Shown piece by piece: positions 18,514 to 27,835 of a DNA stretch of 58,988 nucleotides. The stretch's first letter is position 1. Each line of letters begins with the position of its first letter. The notes under the pieces are model-generated. The model had not been told where the DNA came from. It did no database searches and was given only the letters and a program-made list of their open reading frames with translations. Location: assembly GCA_043804895.1 (NCBI GenBank), contig JAZDIN010000011.1, positions 1 through 58,988 on the forward strand, written 5' to 3'. Both the position numbers and the translations under genes were made by a program. Source of the stretch: Candidatus Altiarchaeota archaeon (lineage in GTDB: Archaea; Altiarchaeota; Altiarchaeia; IMC4; SCGC-AAA252-I15).

Positions 18514-19611
18514 TTAAAAATTCTGTTGTCTCCTAAATTCTACCTTTTCAGCTACTTCAGTAAGGAACCTAACCCCTCCTCCATACTCACTGCTTAGTCT
18601 CCCGTAATCCGCATACCCTCCATTTGCAAGGCCGCTTATGCACCTCTTAGAAAGCTCATCAAGCTCTGCCGAGAGTGTCGTATCCTGCGCATAATTGGCG
18701 AAAGCGTGCATACCTGCTATCTCAGCAAGACCTGGCATGTTCACAACCCTTCCAGTATCGAATATGCTATTGAAGAACCTAATCTCCCTCCTCGTGAACT
18801 GCGCATAGTGTTGTAGGTAGTCTCCTTTGCCATTTCTTTGTTCACTTAACCTCAGCCCCAGCTTGTCAACCATGACCTCGATTAGCGCTTTGTTGAGGTC
18901 ACCCGCATCCATGTATTCCCTTCCTATGGTCTGTTGTGGAAGTTCATCGAAGTTGAAGTATGGTGTACGGTTCAACCCTTGTTTTTCCTGCGCCCTAAGC
19001 GCTGCAGTGGTCAAGATATGGGAATCCTCGTGGAATATCGTGTACTTTCCCATAGTTGGCGTCACCTCGTCAGGTGTTGAAGCCAACGGGTTAATAGAGA
19101 GTGTTGGAACTGGGTCGGGATTTGAATACACGTCTCCCATCTCCTTGTCAAAGAAAACAGTAAATTTCTCGAAGCCGAATTCAACACCAACGGCCTCTCT
19201 TGTTGCCCGACGGGCTACTCTATCGCTATCATTCATGCTAACAAACAAATCCTTTAGTCTCTCACCGTCCCATCCCTTCTGTGCTCTAGCGTCCTGCCAT
19301 CCTCTCTGCTGTGTCTTGTTTAAGCGAGCCTCGAACTGTTGAACTATTGTTGTAGAGTCTAGTGAATCAGCAGATTTGACGAGGTCTGTCACATCAACCA
19401 TCCCTGCCATCAACCTCTCATCATGGCTTCTGCCGCAACCCCCCCTTAGAAGGCGGAGTAATGCGTCACCTAAAAACACTGCTCCAGCTGTTGCAAACAA
19501 CAATTTTATGACATCTCTCCGTGTCATCTTAATGTCAAAAAGTTTAGGATCCTCTAGGTCGGGTGGTTTATGCTCCTCAGTACTCCTCCTCTTATCTCCT
19601 GGTGGCTTCAT
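18514..19611 (-). CDS. hypothetical protein with twin-arginine-like signal and HExxH
   Basis: TRRDVIK plus hydrophobic helix; IFHEDSH with downstream EVMVD. Confidence 0.7.
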   Translation of the reverse strand: MKPPGDKRRSTEEHKPPDLEDPKLFDIKMTRRDVIKLLFATAGAVFLGDALLRLLRGGCGRSHDERLMAGMVDVTDLVKSADSLDSTTIVQQFEARLNKTQQRGWQDARAQKGWDGERLKDLFVSMNDSDRVARRATREAVGVEFGFEKFTVFFDKEMGDVYSNPDPVPTLSINPLASTPDEVTPTMGKYTIFHEDSHILTTAALRAQEKQGLNRTPYFNFDELPQQTIGREYMDAGDLNKALIEVMVDKLGLRLSEQRNGKGDYLQHYAQFTRREIRFFNSIFDTGRVVNMPGLAEIAGMHAFANYAQDTTLSAELDELSKRCISGLANGGYADYGRLSSEYGGGVRFLTEVAEKVEFRRQQNF

Positions 19612-19649
19612 CCTAGGATTAATATACGGGTTTTAACAATATATCCCAT

Positions 19650-19739
19650 ATGCCATGCGGTAGGAAGCGTAAGCTTCAGAAGATGCGCAAGCATAAGCTG
19701 AAGAAGCGCAGGAAGAAGATGAGGCACCTGAAGAAGTAG
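19650..19739 (+). CDS. small basic protein, AURKAIP1/COX24 (mS38 / bacterial bS22-like)
   Basis: MPCGRKRKLQKMRKHKLKKRRKKMRHLKK*; fits between neighbours, AAG-biased Lys codons, TATA-like ATTAATATA 23 nt upstream. Confidence 0.75.
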   Translation: MPCGRKRKLQKMRKHKLKKRRKKMRHLKK

Positions 19740-19740
19740 G

Positions 19741-21489
19741 TTACTTCTTTTTCAGTCTTGATGCTGCCACTCCACCTAATATAAGAAGCGCGATGGAGAG
19801 TGCGGAATAGGTCACAATGTCGTCAGAGGTTATCTTCAACCCGCCAAGTGTTGTAGTCGTAACTTGCTGCAATGTTGTCGTAGTCTCCCCTATGCCCTCC
19901 AGGTTCATTGAAACGAGTTTCTCAGCCAGCTTAACACCCGGAGTGTATTGTAGCCTGTTGTATGCGTCCTGGGCCATGCGTGCGTACTCGAGTGAAGTCT
20001 TATAGGAGCCATTCACATACTCAGATTCTGCCAGGGAATAGTATTCATCTGCGATGCGCTTCTCATCAGCAACCCTTATAGCCTCTCTAGCCTTCTCCGC
20101 GGCTTTAGTCTGTAGGCTCGTGGATTTGGCTACTCCAGGCTCATACTCCTGGCTAGCGTAGATTTGTTCAGCCATCCTGGCGTGCATAATACTCTGGTTG
20201 TATCTGCCTGCTTCAAAATCCATTAAAGCAGTGCTGTAAAACCTTTCGGCCTCGGAGACATTCCCTGCCTTTGAAACTAGCTCTAAGGCGTTTGTCTCGT
20301 TTTCGGCTAGGGATATGTCACGGTAAAGATTAGCTGCCTTGCCTGCGTAGTAAATGCTGTCGTTAAACCTCCCCTCCTCGTAGTCTCTCCCAGCCCTATG
20401 GTAGAATGTGAAGGCTTTCTCAGCCTTCAGTTTGCTGTCGTCTATCCTGTACTCTGATATGCCATCTTCCGTCCCCAGGAGTATGTGTGTCACCCCCCCT
20501 ACCTCTAGGGGTTTGACTGTCAGTATCCTATCTGGGACTTCCTGCTCCCACATGACTTCGCCGTCCTTGTCGAGGAATACTAGTTTATCACCGGCGGCGA
20601 CTAGGACGTACGCATCCTCTAAATAGGCCATCCTTACGCCTTCGACAGCCTTTATGTTCTGGGTCCTGTAGCCCCACAGGGTTTTGCCGTTGATGTCCAG
20701 GGCGTATAGGACGTCCTCTGAGACTCCCATGAATTCTGGTCTGCCATCGCCGTTGATGTCGTAGGATGAGGCGATGTCGAACCTTGAGTCAGATGGGGAT
20801 GACCAGATGACTGCCCCGTTGTCGTCGAGGAGGTAAAGTCCCTTGAATGCTGCGGCAAGGTATTCCGTGTTGTTGTCTGCGTCAATGTTCACGGTCCTCA
20901 AATCCCATACGCTGCCCTCAAGTTTTGCTTTCACGGTGAAGCTCCCGTCAGGCTTGTATGCTCTAATCTCCTGGTCAACGGAAGACGTAACTGCTTCGAG
21001 AGTTCCATCCCCCTCAACATCCTCGAAGCCTATGCTCGTGATTAGTCCGGAATCCTTGACGACCCATATCAGGCGGTTGTATAGTCTATCCAACCCCTCC
21101 TCAGGTATTCGTTGTATCCTGTACAGCCTGTGGTTGTTGATTGATGACGCTTTTATCTCCGTGGCTGAGACTATGTCCAGGTATCCGTTGCCGTCCCAAT
21201 CCGACACTGATGCGAGGATGAAGTCCTCGTTGCCGTAGTCTGCCAGCCCATACCTCGGCACAGTGGTGTCATAAATTAGTCCACCATCAATGGTATACGC
21301 ATAAATCGTCTCGTCAGTGGCGCCGGTACTGATGGCGTAAATCTCCGCATCCCAGTCTTTATCAAGGTCAAGCAAGTCTATCCTCTGCACACCCTTACTA
21401 ATGGAGTTGCTCCAATCCAGAGCAAGTGGGGTTTCAGCTGCAGAGGCAATACTAGCAAAAAGCAACAGTATGATCATCCTCCTTTTCAT
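19741..21489 (-). CDS. secreted, membrane-anchored FG-GAP/PQQ-like beta-propeller plus TPR-like surface protein
   Basis: Signal peptide; DxDGxG repeats (DWDGNGYLD, DVEGDG, DINGDGRPE); helical repeats; TTTT linker; C-terminal TM plus KKK. Confidence 0.8.
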   Translation of the reverse strand: MKRRMIILLLFASIASAAETPLALDWSNSISKGVQRIDLLDLDKDWDAEIYAISTGATDETIYAYTIDGGLIYDTTVPRYGLADYGNEDFILASVSDWDGNGYLDIVSATEIKASSINNHRLYRIQRIPEEGLDRLYNRLIWVVKDSGLITSIGFEDVEGDGTLEAVTSSVDQEIRAYKPDGSFTVKAKLEGSVWDLRTVNIDADNNTEYLAAAFKGLYLLDDNGAVIWSSPSDSRFDIASSYDINGDGRPEFMGVSEDVLYALDINGKTLWGYRTQNIKAVEGVRMAYLEDAYVLVAAGDKLVFLDKDGEVMWEQEVPDRILTVKPLEVGGVTHILLGTEDGISEYRIDDSKLKAEKAFTFYHRAGRDYEEGRFNDSIYYAGKAANLYRDISLAENETNALELVSKAGNVSEAERFYSTALMDFEAGRYNQSIMHARMAEQIYASQEYEPGVAKSTSLQTKAAEKAREAIRVADEKRIADEYYSLAESEYVNGSYKTSLEYARMAQDAYNRLQYTPGVKLAEKLVSMNLEGIGETTTTLQQVTTTTLGGLKITSDDIVTYSALSIALLILGGVAASRLKKK

Positions 21490-21544
21490 ACAGTTTAACT
21501 ATTGCAGACAGGTCTTTTATAACCTCGAATTCCATTGGATATGG

Positions 21545-21922
21545 ATGGCCGAATTCGAAGAGCTCGTTGGTTTAATGTCTAAGATGCGCGGTCCGGAAGG
21601 GTGCCCATGGGATAGGGAGCAGACGATAGACGACTTCAAGGTGCACTTGAGGAACGAGTCCAAAGAGGCTTTAGACGCCATTAAACATAAGGATTACGGG
21701 AATCTCAGGGAGGAGCTCGGAGACCTCCTATGGCATATTCTGTTCATATCACAGATAGCAAAAGAGGAGGGGCGGTTCACAATAGACGACGTCATGGTAG
21801 GCCTTAAGAAGAAGATAATACGCCGCCACCCGCACGTGTTCGGCGGCAGGAAGCTTAACTCCCCTGAGGAAGTCATGCGAGAATACAGGAAAATCAAGAA
21901 AGCAGAGAGGAAAAGACGCTGA
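21545..21922 (+). CDS. mazG: MazG-family nucleoside triphosphate pyrophosphohydrolase (single domain)
   Basis: GCPWDREQT, EELGDLL, RRHPHVFG; start reassigned to MAEFEEL. Confidence 0.9.
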   Translation: MAEFEELVGLMSKMRGPEGCPWDREQTIDDFKVHLRNESKEALDAIKHKDYGNLREELGDLLWHILFISQIAKEEGRFTIDDVMVGLKKKIIRRHPHVFGGRKLNSPEEVMREYRKIKKAERKRR

Positions 21923-21972
21923 ATTATGCGAGACAAACCAGTTTAAATTCCACCAAACCTTAAAACTTACCC

Positions 21973-22230
21973 ATGGCATCTACGGATACAGGCTCTGAGA
22001 ATGTGGTTGGAGTAAGCCTTAACGTATTACGGGAGTTAGCTGACGATTTAGACTCCAACGAGAAGCTGAAGGAGGTGTTCGGAGACCATGTAAGCGAAAA
22101 AATAGCTGTTGTGGCCGTGGGGAACGACCTTAAGGTCGTGGAGTATCCTCCATCAAGCTTGAGTGAGGGGCAAAAGAAGATATTTCTAGAGGAATTAGAT
22201 AGGATTATGAGAAAGCATCTACTGCCTTAG
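21973..22230 (+). CDS. hypothetical protein
   Basis: 85-aa ORF with typical composition, no family recognised. Confidence 0.6.
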   Translation: MASTDTGSENVVGVSLNVLRELADDLDSNEKLKEVFGDHVSEKIAVVAVGNDLKVVEYPPSSLSEGQKKIFLEELDRIMRKHLLP

Positions 22231-22268
22231 GCTTAGGCCATTTATCCTAGTCCTTCCGTATATTCTGT

Positions 22269-22655
22269 ATGGTACAAAGAGAAAAAACACCTAAAAGAGA
22301 CCTTGAACTCATCTACTCAGACGTCCTTGAACTGAGAAAAAACTTCAAACAAGACCTGGGGGCCACGGTATTCGCCTTAGCGCCCACTGTGGCCTTAGCA
22401 CTTCCCGGAGTCGGTTTCACTGAACTATTGAGGGAGGGTCAAATAGATGACCCACTCAAAGGCACAGTCGCAGGCGGGATGTGCATACTCTTACTTTTCA
22501 CAGGAGCCAGAATATCATTCGGGCACCTAAACTTAGCAGAGAAATTCAAACACACCCTCACATCCTTCAGCGACTACATAACCGAAAAAAAAGAATTAGT
22601 GGGCGAGGCAGTCAGACAAGAGGGACTCAAGGGACTCAGATACGTCATCAAATAA
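22269..22655 (+). CDS. hypothetical membrane protein
   Basis: Two hydrophobic segments; ATTTATCC about 22 nt upstream. Confidence 0.6.
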   Translation: MVQREKTPKRDLELIYSDVLELRKNFKQDLGATVFALAPTVALALPGVGFTELLREGQIDDPLKGTVAGGMCILLLFTGARISFGHLNLAEKFKHTLTSFSDYITEKKELVGEAVRQEGLKGLRYVIK

Positions 22656-22667
22656 CCTTCAATTCCC

Positions 22668-24200
22668 TCACCCTTTTACATACTGTTCGTACTCCGCATA
22701 TGGCCCTTCAACTTTTATGTGTAATTGTCTGGCTGTGCGTACAACTTCCTCAAACCTCCTCACATTTTTAGGCTCATACCTCAAAACATGGCTCTTCTCT
22801 ATCCTGGCCAGCGGAACTCCGCTTTCCCTCTCATGTTTTGCCTCATAGTAGGCGTCGATGTTCTGGCCTCTTATCTGTCTATCACCTCCGACCCTGTCCA
22901 TGTACCTTGCAACCTTCTCATGGTTAACCTTGCCCAAAATTCTCAGTTCCAACAATCGGTCGAAGTCTGATTTTGAGAAAGTGATACCTGGTACTTGCAC
23001 CCCTCCATTGTCGCTTGGATTTTCACTGAAATGCGGAAGCAAGCCAACATTCATCAAAAGAACCTTAAGTTCCTGTAGAACCGTCTGGTTATACGTCTTT
23101 GTTTGTACGAAATATGTCACGCTCTCATACCCGTCTTTTTCAGATGTGTGGACTGTCCCCTGCCGTTCAAAGAATCCTCTCAGGAAAGCTGCCTTCTCCT
23201 CATCTGTTTTTGTGAATTCCCACGGCAAATGGCGTTTGCTCGTTGTCGCGTCCCTCATCTTCTTCATAAGGCCTGTCAAGCTTAAGCTGAGGATTCTCCT
23301 ATCCCCGTCAACTCGCCATAGCGGCGATTCACCGGTTAATGCCCTAAGGCTATCCTCTATCGGTTCTAGTTCGCTGTGGTCAATGGATGTGGCCTTAAAT
23401 TCGCTCCGATATACGTCTCCTCTACCCTGGCCCATATACACTCCAAGTATGTGTGCTGAAGCTATCCTGTCCGATTCAAGGTCGACCTCCCTCCCAGGCC
23501 TGAATGCATCCCTTGAAAAAAACCACGGCTTTATACCCCTCTTCAGCCAGTTACTCACCGTAGTATATGGGATATCTACTGCCTTTGCTATCTCCTTCAT
23601 AGGCCAATCTGGATTCTCCTCATGCATCCTCAATACTCTCCTGTAAATGTAGTAGAGTTTTGTTACCTCGTCAAACTTTACTTTTATCTCAGCAGGAGAT
23701 TTGTCATACGTCCTCATGTTGAAATATATGCCGTCACGAATTTTTACAAGCTCGTCAGGATACGTTTTTCTTCGCGGGTCTTTAGGTTGCACGGTCTCAA
23801 GGAAGACTCTACCGCTTAGGTCTTTAAGCCTTATCGTGAGTCCACTCGCCAGCCGAAATCTTTCTTTTGGAGTCAGCTCCCCTTCCCCCTCCCTTGTCCT
23901 CTCCCTTAACTCATCAATCCTTCTAGCCGCCCGCAGCGAAATGCCGCTCGGATCATGCATACTGCTCAACTTGCCTGTGAGGTCCCTCACTGCGAAATGT
24001 TTCAGCCCTGGGAGGTCATCCAGCACCTTCATCAACTCGACCGCATCTAACTTAGGTACACTCCCCTTACTATTAGGCAGGACCTCTTCTGCAGTGTCTC
24101 TCGACAGCATGATATCAAGAATCTCCCAATTATCTGGGGTGAGACTCCACTCCGCTTGGTGGACCGATACCTTTCTTTTGACTTCGAGCTCCCGATGCAT
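22668..24200 (-). CDS. HTH plus degenerate double-LAGLIDADG DNA-binding protein
   Basis: HTH MKEIAKAVDIPYTTVSNWLKRGIKP; motifs HILGVYMGQG and FLRGFFERQG. Confidence 0.75.
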   Translation of the reverse strand: MHRELEVKRKVSVHQAEWSLTPDNWEILDIMLSRDTAEEVLPNSKGSVPKLDAVELMKVLDDLPGLKHFAVRDLTGKLSSMHDPSGISLRAARRIDELRERTREGEGELTPKERFRLASGLTIRLKDLSGRVFLETVQPKDPRRKTYPDELVKIRDGIYFNMRTYDKSPAEIKVKFDEVTKLYYIYRRVLRMHEENPDWPMKEIAKAVDIPYTTVSNWLKRGIKPWFFSRDAFRPGREVDLESDRIASAHILGVYMGQGRGDVYRSEFKATSIDHSELEPIEDSLRALTGESPLWRVDGDRRILSLSLTGLMKKMRDATTSKRHLPWEFTKTDEEKAAFLRGFFERQGTVHTSEKDGYESVTYFVQTKTYNQTVLQELKVLLMNVGLLPHFSENPSDNGGVQVPGITFSKSDFDRLLELRILGKVNHEKVARYMDRVGGDRQIRGQNIDAYYEAKHERESGVPLARIEKSHVLRYEPKNVRRFEEVVRTARQLHIKVEGPYAEYEQYVKG

Positions 24201-24263
24201 ATTAAATCACTCGCAGTAATGGTTTATATTTGTTGAATACAAGATATACTTAGGTGGTCTGTA

Positions 24264-24641
24264 GTGGCAGATGATAGCATGGAGTACGAGTACCATAACC
24301 TTGGCAACGACTACTATAAGCTCGGTGATTTCCAGAGCGCTGTTGAACACTACACTAAGGCTATTGAGATGAAGCCTGACATGTTGGAGTCCTACTTTAA
24401 CCGCGGCCTCGCCTATACGCGGATGCATGAGTTCAACAGGGCGTTGGAGGACCACTCTAAGGTCATCGAGATGGACCCGGACCTTGTGGAAGCCTACTAT
24501 ACGCGTGGCCTCATATACGAGTACATGAAGGATTTTGACAGCGCCATCTCCGACTACAACGCGGTGCTGAAACTGAAACCCGACTATCATGAGGTGAAGG
24601 AGCAGCGGGACATTGCGTTGAGGAAGAAATTAAGCAACTGA
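24264..24641 (+). CDS. tetratricopeptide repeat protein
   Basis: Three TPR consensus repeats (LGNDYY..AVEHYTKAIEMKP, YFNRGLAY, YYTRGLIY). Confidence 0.9.
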   Translation: MADDSMEYEYHNLGNDYYKLGDFQSAVEHYTKAIEMKPDMLESYFNRGLAYTRMHEFNRALEDHSKVIEMDPDLVEAYYTRGLIYEYMKDFDSAISDYNAVLKLKPDYHEVKEQRDIALRKKLSN

Positions 24642-24646
24642 TTCCC

Positions 24647-25183
24647 ATGAACGTTTATCAGGTCATAGACCGCTTCCCAGAGTTTCCCTACTTCGTCCTT
24701 GCCGTCGTATTCATATCCCTGAACCCTGTCGATGTCTCGTTGCACGTGCTTGCGGTCTCTTTCCTCTTCATGGTGTCGTCGCTGATTGTTGGAATCGTGC
24801 TCAAGTTCATACTCAAGACGAACAGGCCCACAGGGTACAAGTGCATAATTCTCGCAAGGTATGACGTTCCCTCCTTGCATTCCCTGCTGTCGGTTGGAGG
24901 GGCGGTGTTCGTCTACTTCGTCAGCCCCATTTACTGCGTCTTTGCCGTTCCCTTAGCCATCCTCTACATGCACTCCAGGATAAAGCTTTGTTTGCACACG
25001 ACGGAGGCTGTTGTCGCTGGCGCTATCATAGGATTCCTCATGGGAGTTTTGTTCGGCCTTATCCTGTGGAGCGTCGACCTTGATGGTTTTGAGCTGATAC
25101 TGTCTCTCCTCTTCTTCTTCATACCTGTTTTCGTGACTATTTTCGACCTGAGGTACTTCAAGCAGAGGCAGCTAATCAAGTAA
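24647..25183 (+). CDS. PAP2-family membrane phosphatase
   Basis: Kx6RP, PSLH (variant of PSGH), SRx5H motifs. Confidence 0.75.
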   Translation: MNVYQVIDRFPEFPYFVLAVVFISLNPVDVSLHVLAVSFLFMVSSLIVGIVLKFILKTNRPTGYKCIILARYDVPSLHSLLSVGGAVFVYFVSPIYCVFAVPLAILYMHSRIKLCLHTTEAVVAGAIIGFLMGVLFGLILWSVDLDGFELILSLLFFFIPVFVTIFDLRYFKQRQLIK

Positions 25184-25299
25184 TAGCAAATCGCGTAAAT
25201 ATTGGACTTTTACCTTTTCCAAACAGTCGTAAACAAGCGATTTGCTAGTATCGATAAGGAATATTCGAATTCAAAAGTTCAAAAATATCCCTTATCGAT
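25184..25299. repeat. double-hairpin intergenic element (possible bidirectional terminator or REP-like)
   Basis: TAGCAAATCGC...GCGATTTGCTA (25184-25247) and ATCGATAAGGAATATT...AATATCCCTTATCGAT (25250-25299) between convergent genes. Confidence 0.6.
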
Positions 25300-25727
25300 T
25301 ATAATCTGCCGTCCAGGAGAAGGTGCGTGCAGTATCCGAAAAAAGCAGCCGCAGCATAGTATGGGCTGACGAGCGCAAGAGGGAGTGAAAGTACTACTGC
25401 TGCAATTGGTGTGTGCATTACTCCCCTGTGTTTGGTCAACCATATGAGTGAAAGAAGTGCTAAGCCGCTCGCTGGAACAATAAGGAGCGCATCTGATCCT
25501 AACAGGACGTATGCTGCTGCAGTCACCGCAATGGTTGCGAGGACTATCTTGCTTGCCTTTGAGGATGGGGCGTCCAGGTCAGGCAGCAGCGAATACACTG
25601 CCCCAACAGTGATGGCTTTGAAGTATTCTGGAAATTCCCACTGGTGGAGATTCCACCAATCCATCAAGAATATGGTTCCAACAGCGGTTGCGAGATAAAA
25701 AGCCAGGTGCGTCCTGTAGCCGCTCAT
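25299..25727 (-). CDS. membrane-bound metal-dependent hydrolase (YdjM-like)
   Basis: TH, LLPDLD, HRGVMHT, THLLLD motifs. Confidence 0.85.
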   Translation of the reverse strand: MSGYRTHLAFYLATAVGTIFLMDWWNLHQWEFPEYFKAITVGAVYSLLPDLDAPSSKASKIVLATIAVTAAAYVLLGSDALLIVPASGLALLSLIWLTKHRGVMHTPIAAVVLSLPLALVSPYYAAAAFFGYCTHLLLDGRL

Positions 25728-25728
25728 G

Positions 25729-26331
25729 TTATCCTACCCGGTGTGTGAAGGTTATAGCCCCGGCAACGACCACAACTATGATGGCTAACACGAGGATGTA
25801 CGTTGCTGTGTTGCTGTTTTGCGGTGCTTCGTATCCTGGCGGTTTCTCCTCTGCAGGCAGCTCAGGCAACTTGTTGCACGTCGGCTTCCCTATTGTGCAC
25901 GTGCACCTCGGCTTGCCTTCGTCGTCTGCGAAGCATGTCGACACACCTAAGCCGTTCCTGCCGCAGAAAAGTATGCAGTAGTCCAGGCATCCCCTGCACA
26001 TGGGGTTGGTCTCATTAGTGCAGCAGTTCGGCATACCTTCAGCAGATGAATCGTATTCGACACTGCAGAATATGTTCGTCCCCCCGCACAACTTACTCAT
26101 TGTAGTCGGTGTCGTCTCCCCTGAAGGCGTCAGCGTTGTCGTGGTTATATTCCTGACAACCAACCTCCTCACCCTACCGCTTAGTGTCGTGGTTGTCGGT
26201 TCCGACGGATTCCTAGACTTTAATAGCGTTGAGGTTGTGTTTTGGCTTTTCGAATCATCATAATCTTGCGCTAGCGTTGGGTGGGCGAGCAAAATCAGTA
26301 TTATTAATGCGTAAACTACCTTGTACTCCAC
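25729..26331 (-). CDS. secreted Thr-rich, Cys-rich membrane-anchored protein
   Basis: Signal peptide, TTTT linkers, Cys-dense domain, C-terminal TM. Confidence 0.75.
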   Translation of the reverse strand: MEYKVVYALIILILLAHPTLAQDYDDSKSQNTTSTLLKSRNPSEPTTTTLSGRVRRLVVRNITTTTLTPSGETTPTTMSKLCGGTNIFCSVEYDSSAEGMPNCCTNETNPMCRGCLDYCILFCGRNGLGVSTCFADDEGKPRCTCTIGKPTCNKLPELPAEEKPPGYEAPQNSNTATYILVLAIIVVVVAGAITFTHRVG

Positions 26332-26389
26332 GGGATCACCGCTATGGTATTGAATTTATCCTATTAAAACATTAATGTAAGGTGTTGTT

Positions 26390-27046
26390 ATGAGCGCTCT
26401 TGGAAGAATCGGCGGGGATGTCAGACGGAAGGTTAGGTTGGATTCGGTAGTACATCCCAGCATAGGTGTTTTAGCTGTGGCTGTGGCGTTTGTTGGGTTC
26501 ATCATACTTGCAGTGCTAGCTTTGGCTGCCGTCTACTCAGTGTCCTCAACTCAGGTGGCATCCACTGTAGTCGCCTCCACTTTAACAACGTCAACGACGA
26601 CCACTTCAACTACTGTCGTGGCTACGTCCTCGACGTCGGTGCCAACCTCTTCAACGGAAACGACGTTAGTGGAGGCGACCACATCTACGACGGAATCAAC
26701 TACCACTACTATAAGCAAGGAGCAGATAGCCTTCTGCATGTCAAGCAGGACTGATGATCTGTACCTGAGGGACATGGGCGCTGTCTCGCCTTCCAAGAAT
26801 CTGGAGTCCTATCTGGGCGACTATTCCAGGATATTCCCGATAACCGACTGTTCAGCGGACGAGAACAAGGAGGCGTGCAACAATGCTTTGACCGCGTTCG
26901 TGGAAGCCGACAACCTGATTCTCGGGGAAAAACCCTCAAATACTATCGGCTATCCTGCACTGGTCAAAGGTGGCACAGCATATATCATCCGCTCCCCCAA
27001 GGAGTTCGAGAGGGTACTTGGTTGCGGTAGTCTGAGCGGAGGTTGA
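26390..27046 (+). CDS. Thr-rich surface protein with thioredoxin-like domain lacking CxxC
   Basis: N-terminal TM, Thr/Ser stalk, C..DC..C..IGYP..GC pattern. Confidence 0.65.
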   Translation: MSALGRIGGDVRRKVRLDSVVHPSIGVLAVAVAFVGFIILAVLALAAVYSVSSTQVASTVVASTLTTSTTTTSTTVVATSSTSVPTSSTETTLVEATTSTTESTTTTISKEQIAFCMSSRTDDLYLRDMGAVSPSKNLESYLGDYSRIFPITDCSADENKEACNNALTAFVEADNLILGEKPSNTIGYPALVKGGTAYIIRSPKEFERVLGCGSLSGG

Positions 27047-27048
27047 CA

Positions 27049-27834
27049 ATGAAACGAATCCTGTTTGCGCTTATGTTACTGTCTGCTTTCTCATCAGCCG
27101 AGTTAGTGGCTGGCAAGGTCGTCGTCATGGCAAACAGCATAGACGGCGGACAGGCTTCAGGGTTATACTCCCACTTAGAGGACAACGGCATCACCGTGGT
27201 AAAGGCCGATTCAAGGTCGTTCGATATAGTGAAAGACATGCAGTACATAATAATATTGGGTGGGCAGGGTAGTCCGGAGGGTGTTGGCTTAGTCTCAGCT
27301 GAGATTCTCTCAGATAGCGAGGAGGAGTCCCTCATAACTGCGGGCGCATATCACCTGTTCCGTAAGGATGGCCAATGGTCTCCCAACCAGACTGTGCTTG
27401 TGGCGGCAGGTTATGGTGGTGAGGACACGAGGCTGGCGTGGGCGGAGAACATGGATGCGATATTCGGCGTACTATCCGCTGGCACACCAGCAGGCATCGT
27501 AATCTCGTCTCCAGACACTGTGTTCATCCAGAAGATGAACAACCTCAGGGAGTACAGCTTCCCAGTGAACGTCTCAAACAACGGCACATACGAAGCTAAC
27601 CAAATAGGTGTTAAGGCATATCTTAATGGGGGTTTGAGCTTGTCCACTGACCCTGAGGTTTTGAATCTCCTGGCAGGACAGTCTCAGAAGGTTCTTATCC
27701 AACTTAATCCTAAGGTCTTGAACACCGGAGACACTGTCTCAGTGGAGGTCGGCGGCAGGAGAGTCGACGTCAAGATAAATGTCACAGACTCAGTCAAGGC
27801 GGGGCTGTGTCTCCTGTGCAATAGAGGAGATTAG
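27049..27834 (+). CDS. secreted protein (S-layer/cell-wall-binding-like alpha/beta domain plus Ig-like domain, C-terminal CxxC)
   Basis: Signal peptide MKRILFALMLL, IIILGG and VLVAAG...DT motifs, C-terminal CLLC; SD GGAGG. Confidence 0.65.
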   Translation: MKRILFALMLLSAFSSAELVAGKVVVMANSIDGGQASGLYSHLEDNGITVVKADSRSFDIVKDMQYIIILGGQGSPEGVGLVSAEILSDSEEESLITAGAYHLFRKDGQWSPNQTVLVAAGYGGEDTRLAWAENMDAIFGVLSAGTPAGIVISSPDTVFIQKMNNLREYSFPVNVSNNGTYEANQIGVKAYLNGGLSLSTDPEVLNLLAGQSQKVLIQLNPKVLNTGDTVSVEVGGRRVDVKINVTDSVKAGLCLLCNRGD

Positions 27835-27835
27835 T

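Noticed and set aside
22668-24200. Intein or intron-encoded active homing endonuclease
   Set aside because: No intein splicing termini or host gene, no flanking rRNA/tRNA, and catalytic acidic residues are absent
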